Shown here: positions 43,891 through 52,499 of the stretch, piece after piece | Layout: every line of letters begins with the position of its first letter | Position numbering within the stretch: position 1 is the first letter of the stretch | Source: a virus | Taxonomy: Duplodnaviria > Caudoviricetes | DNA length: 64,000 bases | IMG/VR virus record: IMGVR_UViG_3300022719_000071 | Coordinates: 256,001-320,000 of that record | Strand: one strand, 5' to 3' | Notes under the pieces: generated by a model | What the model was told of the DNA's origin: nothing | The model's database searches: none | What the model saw: the letters and a program-made list of their open reading frames with translations, nothing else | Translations under genes and position numbers: made by a program

Positions 43891-44610
43891 ATGACAAACC
43901 TAACATTATCTGGATGGAAAAGGTCTGTAGCTGCGGGAGTCGTAGAGACTATCCCGTTGCAAGATTTCGAGTCTGCATTTCTTCTTGCCGAAGATTTCCT
44001 CAGCACGCAGGGAGGATGGAATCCGGATGATGCTGGGGATCCCACCGGACCCGGTGTACCGGTATCGGGGATCACTACCGAAGAAGCCATAATTCTCATT
44101 TTCCAACAACAGACCAATCGCATCTACAAGGTGGTTATTAATGGTACAATGGAGTTCAGTGTCATTCTTAACGAAAACCTTTCAATTGGTCTTTCTGACA
44201 ATGATGTAATAAGCAGCGTTACCACTGTCCTGGAGGATTTTGTAGAAGCTCAGCTAGAGAACACCAATATCGAATTGGTCAGCATCCCGAGCTTCACTGG
44301 AACAGTCACGAGCGGTCCCACAACCGCTTCTGAGCGTGTTTCTCTGCAATCCAGCATCACCGGGGGAGGTAAGTTAATCGATCCCAAGGCAATCGCCCTG
44401 GTGGCTGCACGTGCTAGGTTCAATCTTGACAATACGCACAACGTGCAATATCTATACACTGAGAGTGGAAAGGATATTTTCGTATTGGTAACTAAATATC
44501 TAACAACTCAATACACGACGATTGACACGTCTGCTGACAGTCGTTATGGAATCAAACTTGATACCGATAGTTTCCGAGTTACTACCGGTGTCACTCTCCC
44601 TAACTCGTGA
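43891..44610 (+). CDS. Hypothetical protein (possibly structural)
   Basis: 239-aa ORF. Confidence 0.6.
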   Translation: MTNLTLSGWKRSVAAGVVETIPLQDFESAFLLAEDFLSTQGGWNPDDAGDPTGPGVPVSGITTEEAIILIFQQQTNRIYKVVINGTMEFSVILNENLSIGLSDNDVISSVTTVLEDFVEAQLENTNIELVSIPSFTGTVTSGPTTASERVSLQSSITGGGKLIDPKAIALVAARARFNLDNTHNVQYLYTESGKDIFVLVTKYLTTQYTTIDTSADSRYGIKLDTDSFRVTTGVTLPNS

Positions 44611-44626
44611 TCTGTAGGAGTTCATA

Positions 44627-44914
44627 ATGGATTACAAGAAAATCGTTGAAGGTAAGCAGATACTGTTTCTCATTCCAGTGACCGATATCGATAACGGAAG
44701 TGTATATTTGGACGTGACCCGACTTGCTAAGAATGCAATCAACAAGGATCGTCGCAATTTCTATGACTCAGAGAATGGGCCAAACTTCTTCATTGAAATT
44801 CAACGTGCTAGTGAATACGCCGAATACATTCGGGAGTGTGGCGTCACAAGCTACAACTATCACAAGTTCAACACACGACGTGGGTACTCCCTATTCATTC
44901 AATCCGATGTATAA
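44627..44914 (+). CDS. Hypothetical protein
   Basis: AGGAG SD. Confidence 0.6.
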   Translation: MDYKKIVEGKQILFLIPVTDIDNGSVYLDVTRLAKNAINKDRRNFYDSENGPNFFIEIQRASEYAEYIRECGVTSYNYHKFNTRRGYSLFIQSDV

Positions 44915-45347
44915 CATCATCTACTCTAGTGAAGCTGATCGAAATAGATTGCAGGTATTGCAAGAACTACTTCCTTTAGCTCAAACCGAATACGAACAGA
45001 GTAAGATTCTTCAAGAAATAGAAGAGATCAAAGGCCGTCAGAAGCCATTACACGAATGCACATTAGAGGAATGCACTGAGCTTAGGACTACCATATATAG
45101 TAAGTTCGAGAAGTTAACCCGTATTGGTAAGACTGGACATGCGATAGGTTTCAAGCGAATGATGGGCGAGATCGAACGAAGGATGGCTACGATCCAAATG
45201 GAGATGACGAAGGAAGAGTTAGAGAGGAAGAAGACCAAGGTCGAAACCAAACCTGAACAGCAGGGCAAAGATGAAACCAGCAAACGTAAATCTCCAGCAC
45301 GGACAGGTTCAAGTCGTTGGACCACTGGTGTAGGAAAACTAGACTGA
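44907..45347 (+). CDS. Coiled-coil hypothetical protein
   Basis: ORF; may extend to 45420 through an indel near 45340. Confidence 0.55.
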   Translation: MYNIIYSSEADRNRLQVLQELLPLAQTEYEQSKILQEIEEIKGRQKPLHECTLEECTELRTTIYSKFEKLTRIGKTGHAIGFKRMMGEIERRMATIQMEMTKEELERKKTKVETKPEQQGKDETSKRKSPARTGSSRWTTGVGKLD

Positions 45348-45416
45348 TGAAGATTCAGTTAACCTTGCTGCTTCCGAAGTTCACGATCAAGATTTCATCA
45401 CACTGGATACCGTTGT

Positions 45417-45689
45417 ATGAAACTAGCAAGCATAAAGCTCCAACACGGACAGGTTCAAGTTGTTGGTCCCCCTGAATTGGTAGCTTGGATTAAGTTGTTG
45501 CAAAACACCAAGAAAACACCCGAGGATAAACAGCATATATACAATGAACAGATGGCTAATTGGTACATCATCTGTTCAGTGACCGGTGAGCAAATCCTGC
45601 TGTGTGATCTGCACTACTGGAATGTGGAGACTGGTGCCGTGTACAAGTGTCCGCAAGTCATGCCATTGCATGACCGATACGAAAAGTGA
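45417..45689 (+). CDS. DUF2093-like protein
   Basis: ICSVTGEQILLCDLHYWNVE resembles the CAVTGxxIPLxxLxYWSV pattern of this alphaproteobacterial family. Confidence 0.6.
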   Translation: MKLASIKLQHGQVQVVGPPELVAWIKLLQNTKKTPEDKQHIYNEQMANWYIICSVTGEQILLCDLHYWNVETGAVYKCPQVMPLHDRYEK

Positions 45690-45761
45690 TCACTACATGT
45701 TGTGGCTTGACTTCAAAGTCATACGACATATATTGATTGCATCCCACGATGAGGAGATGCC

Positions 45762-46946
45762 ATGAGCAAGAATACAAAGAACATTCGACATCAGAAACCA
45801 GACATTCCAAGTTTGATCGAGTCGAAGGGTGTCGAGTACAGTGCTCAAGATTGCATCGATGAACTCATTAAACTAGCTGATGACTTCCCTGAAAGAGCTA
45901 TCACCCGTGATTTCTTCCGAAGAAACTCCAACCTGCCAGAATCGGTATACACCGGATTCTTTGGTACTTTCCCCGAGTTTCTTCGTGCTGCTGGATTGCA
46001 ACATTCCCGAGCAGCAAACAAGATTCGTAATCAGATCGCACGTCATGCTGCTATCGATGAACTGAAAGAGGTCAGTTATACCCGAATAGGTCTTGATGAG
46101 CTATATGTTCGTAAGGACAAGAAGCGTTTCAAGACGATGGTTGCTTGTTCTGATTTACACGATGAAGAATGTGACCCATTTTACCTGAGAGTATTGATCG
46201 ATACGATCCGAAATGTCAAACCTGATGTTGTATGTCTGAACGGTGACATCTTCGATGTTCCAGAGTTTGGCAAATACAGCATAGATCCACGTGAGTGGGA
46301 TGTAGTTAGCCGCCTACAGACTGGTCTTGAAATCATTGCACAGATCCGTGAGGCAGCCGGTGAGGCACAGATTGACTTCATCGAGGGTAATCACGAAGCC
46401 CGTGTCATTCGCCATCTACTGGAGGCAGACCCTGGTTTGCGTGCGGTACTATCTGGCTTGCACGAGTTCGATCTACGGAAGCTCTTCAAGCTGGACCAGT
46501 ATGAAGTCAACTACGTTGCCAACTGCGATCTGTTCACGTTCACTGATGCTCAGCAACGCAAAGAAGTTTCCAAGAACTACAAGCTGTATTGGGGATGTGT
46601 GATGGCACATCACTTCCCTCACGGGAAACAGTATGGTACTCCGGGTTTTAACGGACATCACCACAAGCACCAGGTATGGTCTGAGCACAACATGAACTAT
46701 GGTGCATACGAGTGGCATCAGACTGGTGGTGGTCATATTCGTGAGGCAAGCTATTGTGATGGTTCGAAGTGGAACAATGGTTTCCTAGTGGTAGTTGCTG
46801 ATACTCAGAACAAGAGTGTTGTGTTCGATTATTCGTCAGTCGAGGACACATTTGCTATATCTGCCGGAAAGATTTACTCCCGTGAGCCAGATGAGTTCTA
46901 TCCTGCCCTATCCAAAGAGCTTGATTTGCGAAAGGCTAACTCCTGA
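45762..46946 (+). CDS. Calcineurin-like metallophosphoesterase with N-terminal DNA-binding-like region
   Basis: SDLH, NGDIFD, GNHE, GHHH. Confidence 0.88.
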   Translation: MSKNTKNIRHQKPDIPSLIESKGVEYSAQDCIDELIKLADDFPERAITRDFFRRNSNLPESVYTGFFGTFPEFLRAAGLQHSRAANKIRNQIARHAAIDELKEVSYTRIGLDELYVRKDKKRFKTMVACSDLHDEECDPFYLRVLIDTIRNVKPDVVCLNGDIFDVPEFGKYSIDPREWDVVSRLQTGLEIIAQIREAAGEAQIDFIEGNHEARVIRHLLEADPGLRAVLSGLHEFDLRKLFKLDQYEVNYVANCDLFTFTDAQQRKEVSKNYKLYWGCVMAHHFPHGKQYGTPGFNGHHHKHQVWSEHNMNYGAYEWHQTGGGHIREASYCDGSKWNNGFLVVVADTQNKSVVFDYSSVEDTFAISAGKIYSREPDEFYPALSKELDLRKANS

Positions 46947-46965
46947 ACCTGTCTAAATACAGGTC

Positions 46966-49593
46966 ATGAACAAACCAAATCTGCTCTTCGAAGGGCTCAG
47001 GATCCCCAGAAAGGTGTTCGATCAGTTCCTCTCCAAAGTGGAGGATGAGAAACTATTTCGACTTGGGTTCGAGGTCGAGTTCTATGCCGATGATGATTCT
47101 CTGAGTGGTAATCAAGTTGCCGACTTAAGTGAGCTTTCCGTTCGGGAAGCCATGGAATACTTCTATGAGCACGATATCAATATAGATAAGATGTATGAGT
47201 GGGCATCCGACCATGAGGAAGAATTACTAAGAGAAGCCGGATACACCCGTGAAGAGATTGAGAAAGAAATCATTGATGACTGGTTTGATGATAATCCCGA
47301 CTGGTACCAGGAATATCTAGAAGAAGAAGGCGAGTGGGATGACGAGGAGGAAGAGCCTGCTGAGGATGCCACTGATGAAGGGACTGCCAGGGAGGAAGTA
47401 GAGCTTGATATTCGTAACGGCAGAAAGGTCTGGTCTCGATACGATAACTTCGATAGTAAAATCAATGATAGAATTAGCGAGATTTTTGATAACGTTGATA
47501 TCGCTCAGGCATGGTGGGAAGATAACCGCTGGGAACTTATGCGTGAAAATAATTGGGAGCTAAGTGACGAGTATCGCCATGATGAAGTGGACGAGGACAT
47601 CATTCGTGAATATGGTGGCGGTTTAGAAGGCATCGCTAATGATCTGAATGATGTAGTAGATGGTTATGTGTCTTCGGATGAAGGAGGATACTCTTCGAGC
47701 ACCGAGAATTGGGTAGTCAAACCAGACGGCTCGCTTTCTGAAAACGGTGTTGAGATCGCATCTCCGATATTTCCATTCTTTGCTGGCATCGAAGAAATGG
47801 AGAAGGTGTTTGATTGGATTGATCGCAACAGATATTACACTGATGAATCCACGGGACTTCACGTTAGTATGTCCTTCACCGAAGAAAAAGCATTCGATGA
47901 TATCGATTGGGTGAAAGTTGCCTTGCTATCCGGTGAAGAATATATGCTTCAGTTATTCAACCGATCTACTAATCAATATACTACGTCCCAATTAAAGAAC
48001 ATGCAGGTTGCTGCTAAGAAAGGCAAGTTGGGCGATTTGAATAGCATGCGTTCCTTCCAAGAACTCAAAGATAAGTTTGCTGATGGCATCGCAACCGGTG
48101 AAAAATACAGTTCGTTCAATCTATCAGACTATGGAAGCGGTGGTCGTGTGGAGTGGAGAATCATAGGTGGACATCAATACCATCAACTGTTCAATACTGT
48201 AAAGGACAATGTTTTGAAGATGGCATTCGCCATGTACATAGGTTCGGAACCCGAGTTGTTCAAAGAACAATACTTGCGGTCATTAGGGAGACTGCTTTCT
48301 CGTGTTACGGCGACTAAAGATGATCCTTTGAAAAGTAAAAGCGAACTTCTATATGGTAATGATGAAGAGGCTGCAATCCTATCTCGCAATCCATTGTACA
48401 AGTATGCCGTCCAGCTTTTGAAAAGTGACAAATCTATGATGACCGCATACAAAAACGTTACACTGGCTGGTGAGAGAATGCGAGATGAAGATGCTAATGC
48501 AAAACAGAGATTCGAATTCACTAAAGCCATGGGTGTCTTTGCTATGCTAGTCAGTAAAGTTGAAGCTACTGAATATACTAAGAAGCTATTCCCATACTTG
48601 CAAGAAGAAGCGTACACCGAAAACCTAACGGTCCAACGGATAAGAAAAGTAGCTAGAAGAACTGCCAATCACTACGGTTATACTGGTGCGGACTTCAAGG
48701 ATGATTTGCATGTGGATCCCGTAACTGCATTGGCAACTCATTATCCTATAGCTGATCACATATCCGGTCTTAATCTATTAACTCGTGCTGCGGTATTGTT
48801 TGCTGATATGGATGACACTCACCAGCAACGAAAGATGGAGTTCATGAAGTATGTTCCTGGACTTCGAAAGTTCACAGCACAGTCCACCACTGAACTCATT
48901 CTAGCAATTGCTCTTTCTACCAAGAAGGACCAACAAGAACCAATGGCAGGATCTATATCTGACGCTATTGTATCATCAGTTGAATCCAATAATCTGGATG
49001 AGAAGAACTTGCAATTCATCAAACAACTGATGGATGATATTGGTGTTGATGCTCAGGATGTTATGACCAATACGAACTATGACAGAAAGAAGGAAGTTAT
49101 CCGACAGGTACTAGGTTATGACATTGAGAAAGTAGCCGTCACAGCCGATAATGCATTGCAAGCGATCTCTCCTGAGTTGATTCCAGAAGTCAGTCTGGCC
49201 AAGATCATTACCGGACTTCAACATAACGATGCAGACGAACAATCGGTGGCGGCTTCATTGGCTGCTCTTTGGATTGGAAGGATCTCTGATAAATTAGAAC
49301 GTGGAATATTCATCTCAAGTAGAGCCGTAAAAGGATTAAAGATATTCATAGTGACCTATAATCTAATACAACGTTGGAACGAAGCGGGAATCTTCGATGC
49401 ACCTATTGCTAAGAAAGTAATGAAAGTCCTAGATTTCGTAGACCCAGAACTAGCCATAACAGTTTCCCTATCCAGGATTAAGGCTAGATTGGGTCCGGAG
49501 CAACCTGTTTTCCAGACCCCTCCGAGCAATCCTGTGGCCAACGTTACTGCGTGGACTCCGGAAGTGGCAGCACGTGGTACCGAAAACCCTTGA
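46966..49593 (+). CDS. Large amidoligase-2 domain protein with acidic insert
   Basis: GFEVEF, KPDGSL, GVEIASP, STGLHVS, YSSFNL, VEWRIIGG; TAAATA at 46954. Confidence 0.78.
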   Translation: MNKPNLLFEGLRIPRKVFDQFLSKVEDEKLFRLGFEVEFYADDDSLSGNQVADLSELSVREAMEYFYEHDINIDKMYEWASDHEEELLREAGYTREEIEKEIIDDWFDDNPDWYQEYLEEEGEWDDEEEEPAEDATDEGTAREEVELDIRNGRKVWSRYDNFDSKINDRISEIFDNVDIAQAWWEDNRWELMRENNWELSDEYRHDEVDEDIIREYGGGLEGIANDLNDVVDGYVSSDEGGYSSSTENWVVKPDGSLSENGVEIASPIFPFFAGIEEMEKVFDWIDRNRYYTDESTGLHVSMSFTEEKAFDDIDWVKVALLSGEEYMLQLFNRSTNQYTTSQLKNMQVAAKKGKLGDLNSMRSFQELKDKFADGIATGEKYSSFNLSDYGSGGRVEWRIIGGHQYHQLFNTVKDNVLKMAFAMYIGSEPELFKEQYLRSLGRLLSRVTATKDDPLKSKSELLYGNDEEAAILSRNPLYKYAVQLLKSDKSMMTAYKNVTLAGERMRDEDANAKQRFEFTKAMGVFAMLVSKVEATEYTKKLFPYLQEEAYTENLTVQRIRKVARRTANHYGYTGADFKDDLHVDPVTALATHYPIADHISGLNLLTRAAVLFADMDDTHQQRKMEFMKYVPGLRKFTAQSTTELILAIALSTKKDQQEPMAGSISDAIVSSVESNNLDEKNLQFIKQLMDDIGVDAQDVMTNTNYDRKKEVIRQVLGYDIEKVAVTADNALQAISPELIPEVSLAKIITGLQHNDADEQSVAASLAALWIGRISDKLERGIFISSRAVKGLKIFIVTYNLIQRWNEAGIFDAPIAKKVMKVLDFVDPELAITVSLSRIKARLGPEQPVFQTPPSNPVANVTAWTPEVAARGTENP

Positions 49594-49626
49594 CTAACTC
49601 TAAGTGATAGGGTACCTTATAGACCC

Positions 49627-49965
49627 ATGAGCACTGAAAACGAAAATTTAGATGATGACGGATCCCTGGTAGTGGATCGTCCACCGGCAGAAGAGCGCAA
49701 GGATCTTGCGCCCCCGCCGAAGTACGCAGTAATGCTACTAAACGACGACTTCACTCCGATGGACTTCGTAATGGCAGTCCTCGTGAAATTCTTCTCGAAG
49801 TCTCAAGAGGAGGCTGAGAAGATCACCATGGAGGTACACGAGAAGGGGGAGGGGTTGGCCGGTATCTTCCCGAAGGATATCGCAGAGACCAAGGCGTCTC
49901 AGGTGTGTCACATTGCGCAGTCCAATGGACATCCGTTTAGGGCCGACGTGAAAGGTCTCCACTAA
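49627..49965 (+). CDS. clpS: ATP-dependent Clp protease adaptor ClpS
   Basis: PPKYAVMLLNDDFTPMDFV...EVHEKG...DIAETK...GHPF. Confidence 0.96.
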   Translation: MSTENENLDDDGSLVVDRPPAEERKDLAPPPKYAVMLLNDDFTPMDFVMAVLVKFFSKSQEEAEKITMEVHEKGEGLAGIFPKDIAETKASQVCHIAQSNGHPFRADVKGLH

Positions 49966-49970
49966 ACCTA

Positions 49971-50001
49971 TTGACTTTACGGAGAACCTGCCCTATATAA
50001 T
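49971..50001 (+). promoter_or_regulatory. Sigma70-type promoter for the Y RNA/rsr locus
   Basis: TTGACT then TATATAAT at 17-19 nt; +1 falls near 50007. Confidence 0.7.
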
Positions 50002-50006
50002 ACACA

Positions 50007-50086
50007 AGACCTGGGTCGAAGCTGTTTCGTTATCGTAATTGGTACATTAAAAGCGGAACAGCAGAACCTTATCCGGGGCTTAATTT
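50007..50086 (+). ncRNA. Y RNA 1 (YrlB/metazoan-type fold)
   Basis: 5'/3' helix with bulged C50017 (GGGUCGA/UUAUCC), 10-bp upper stem 50021-30/50053-62, AU-rich loop, U tail. Confidence 0.75.
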
Positions 50087-50091
50087 TTGAA

Positions 50092-50207
50092 GGCTGCGAG
50101 CCGAACGACAGATCATTATCGTTCATGTATAAACGGCGAGATGGTTCGATTCCATCATAGGTCTGGCGACACGTTAAAATTGGTCTGGCACCAACTTGTT
50201 CGCAACC
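50092..50207 (+). ncRNA. Y RNA 2 (YrlA-type tRNA mimic)
   Basis: Bulged-C helix GGCTGCGAGC-C-GA/TTGTTCGCAACC; T arm GATGG-TTCGATT-CCATC; D-like arm TTGGT-CTGGC-ACCAA. Confidence 0.78.
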
Positions 50208-50218
50208 AAGAAGAAAAA

Positions 50219-50255
50219 GCCCGGAGGGGACGCCCAGCGCCCCTCCGGGCTTTTT
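50219..50255 (+). terminator. Intrinsic terminator between Y RNAs and rsr
   Basis: 11-bp GC stem, TTTTT tail, A5 on the 5' side. Confidence 0.85.
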
Positions 50256-50299
50256 CGTTTCTACAACATACCCGATTGGACATCGGGGAGGAATACATC

Positions 50300-52084
50300 A
50301 TGGCAAACTACGCAAGAATTTCGGGCAAGACCCGTCGAAACACTCATCAGACTTCACAGACGAAGGCAATCCCTGGTCGTGAAATCGAGATGAAGAAAAA
50401 TCCGGCTGGAGGCGTGAGCTTCAAGTTGGACGACTTCGCTCGTCTACAGCGATTCATCATCCTCGGAGTTGAGGGGAACAGCTACTACCAGAGTCAGAAG
50501 ACCCTGGTGAATCAGAACGTGAGTTCTCTGGAGCGCTGTCTGGACGCTGATCCGTTCCGTGTCATTGACATGGTTGTGGACATTAGTGTGAACGGTCGTG
50601 CCTTCAAGCAGGACGCTGGACTCTTCGTGTTAGCTGCTGCCGCTTCTTTCAAGGGTGGCGTGCGCTCCGGTCGCAAGAGCCCGCCGAACCGCAATCGATT
50701 CCAGTACGAGGAGAACTACCAGCAGGCTCTAGCCGAGTATGAGGCTTCCATCGTCATCGTGGACGAGGAGCACGCAGTCAAGGTTCGTCAGTACGCACTG
50801 GAGAAGCTGCCACAGGTGGCTCGTACCGGTACGGCGCTGTACACGTTCGCTGAGTTTGTACGTGGTCAGCGTGGATTCGGTCGCAGCCTGCGTCGTGCAT
50901 TCGCAAAGTGGATGACTGACAAGCCGCTAGACAAGCTGGCCTATCAGGCATGGAAGTACAAGAGCCGTAACGGCTGGACGTACCGTGACATCATGCGCCT
51001 CACGCACCCGGTAACAGACGAGCGTGCACGTTCAGACGTGTTCGGATATATGGTGAAGGGACAGCTACCGGAAGGTGCTGACCTGAGCAACCCGGCCCTG
51101 GCACAGATCGATGCGGCTGAAAAGCTGCTGAAGATCATGACCAACCGTACTAACGTGACCAAGCCGGTCGTCAAGGAAGCTGTCAAGCTCATCGTTGACC
51201 ATCGCCTGACTCACGAGGCTGTTCCGTCCGAGCTTCGCAAGAGCCCAGAGGTTTGGGAGGCTCTGCTGGAGAACATGCCGCTTCAGGCTGCTGTCAGCAA
51301 CCTGGGTGTCATGACCAGCACTGGTCTGGTCAAGCCACTGTCGAAGGCAGAGCGAAAGATCGTGGAGATGCTTACCAACGTCGAAGCAATCAAGCGTTCT
51401 CGCATGCACCCGATGCGGTTCTACCTTGGTTCCAAGGTCTACGGCAATGGTCGTGGCGTGAAGGGTAGCCTGTCCTGGTCGCCAAGCCAGAACATCATGG
51501 ACGCTCTGGATGGTGCGTACTACGCATCCTTCGGTAACGTCGAGACGACTGGCAAGACACTGGTCATCGCTGTCGATGACTCGGGTTCTATGGACTGGGC
51601 TAACACTTCGGTTCCGAACACTAGTCCATCGGAGATTGCTGCGGCAATGGCGCTGGTCACGTACCGCACTGAGCCGAACAGCGTGCTGATCGGTTATTCT
51701 GATGGTGTTCGTGAGATGAAGGTGTCTCGTACACGTTCTCGCATCGACAGCATCATGAAGCATGTCGGTCATGGCGGTGGAACCAACACCACACTCCCGG
51801 TGCAGTACGCCTGGAACAACAAGCTGGACGTTGATGGCATCGTGTCCTACACAGACAACAACACCTGGGGCGCATGCTCTCGGGGCTGGAACAGTAATGG
51901 ACATGTTACCCAGTGGGTGAATAAGTACGTGGATCGCTTCGGTCCAATGCGCTTCATCAACTGTGCGATGGAGGCAAACAGTATCACTGATACTGATGCC
52001 AAGAATCCGTACATGTTCGAGCTTGTCGGTGTTGACGCCAATACCCCACGCATCATTAGCGAGTTCCTTGCTGGTAACCTGTAA
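50300..52084 (+). CDS. rsr: Ro60 / Rsr (TROVE plus vWA domain) RNA-binding protein
   Basis: NPAGGVSF...RLQRFIILG...SYY; YKSRNGWTYRDIMRLTHP; MPLQAAVSNLG; MHP; AVDDSGSM; GGTNTTLP; YTDN; VGVDANTP; GGAGG SD before ATG 50300. Confidence 0.95.
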   Translation: MANYARISGKTRRNTHQTSQTKAIPGREIEMKKNPAGGVSFKLDDFARLQRFIILGVEGNSYYQSQKTLVNQNVSSLERCLDADPFRVIDMVVDISVNGRAFKQDAGLFVLAAAASFKGGVRSGRKSPPNRNRFQYEENYQQALAEYEASIVIVDEEHAVKVRQYALEKLPQVARTGTALYTFAEFVRGQRGFGRSLRRAFAKWMTDKPLDKLAYQAWKYKSRNGWTYRDIMRLTHPVTDERARSDVFGYMVKGQLPEGADLSNPALAQIDAAEKLLKIMTNRTNVTKPVVKEAVKLIVDHRLTHEAVPSELRKSPEVWEALLENMPLQAAVSNLGVMTSTGLVKPLSKAERKIVEMLTNVEAIKRSRMHPMRFYLGSKVYGNGRGVKGSLSWSPSQNIMDALDGAYYASFGNVETTGKTLVIAVDDSGSMDWANTSVPNTSPSEIAAAMALVTYRTEPNSVLIGYSDGVREMKVSRTRSRIDSIMKHVGHGGGTNTTLPVQYAWNNKLDVDGIVSYTDNNTWGACSRGWNSNGHVTQWVNKYVDRFGPMRFINCAMEANSITDTDAKNPYMFELVGVDANTPRIISEFLAGNL

Positions 52085-52095
52085 CCAGTATCATA

Positions 52096-52128
52096 AAGTA
52101 GAGGGGTAGATTTACTACCCCTCTACTT
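52096..52128. terminator. Terminator hairpin after rsr
   Basis: 14-bp perfect stem. Confidence 0.75.
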
Positions 52129-52131
52129 GGC

Positions 52132-52160
52132 TTGATTTTCCCGAAGAGACATGATATACT
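52132..52160 (+). promoter_or_regulatory. Sigma70-type promoter
   Basis: TTGATT-17 nt-TATACT with extended TG. Confidence 0.65.
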
Positions 52161-52187
52161 ATCATTTCATTCAGAGGAGTGAAAGGT

Positions 52188-52499
52188 ATGTCCAAGAAGA
52201 CCTCGAAAGAAATTGCAGCCGAACTCAAAGCCCTTGCTACCAAGTACGGCTGGACGGTGACGGTTCGTGGTAGCATTCTCACCATTACCAAGCCAATTTC
52301 CGGAAACGATGAATTCGTTACTGCTGACATGGAGTACGGAAGCATCCTGAGCCTTCTCCCGTCAACCAGCCCTGGTAGCATCTGGGGTACAGATGGTGGC
52401 GGAGTTGGAGCACTGTCTGCGATGAAATCTGGCGTGTTCACGATGAACAAGTCGGGCGGTAGCAAGCGAGTCCTGAACGCTCTGAATGTTCTGTCATGA
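52188..52499 (+). CDS. Hypothetical protein
   Basis: ORF after promoter; WGTDG motif. Confidence 0.65.
   Translation: MSKKTSKEIAAELKALATKYGWTVTVRGSILTITKPISGNDEFVTADMEYGSILSLLPSTSPGSIWGTDGGGVGALSAMKSGVFTMNKSGGSKRVLNALNVLS

Noticed and set aside
50087-50299. N-terminal extension of Rsr from TTG 50087 (ORF track)
   Set aside because: It overlaps the Y RNA and terminator; the SD and the TROVE N-terminus support ATG 50300.
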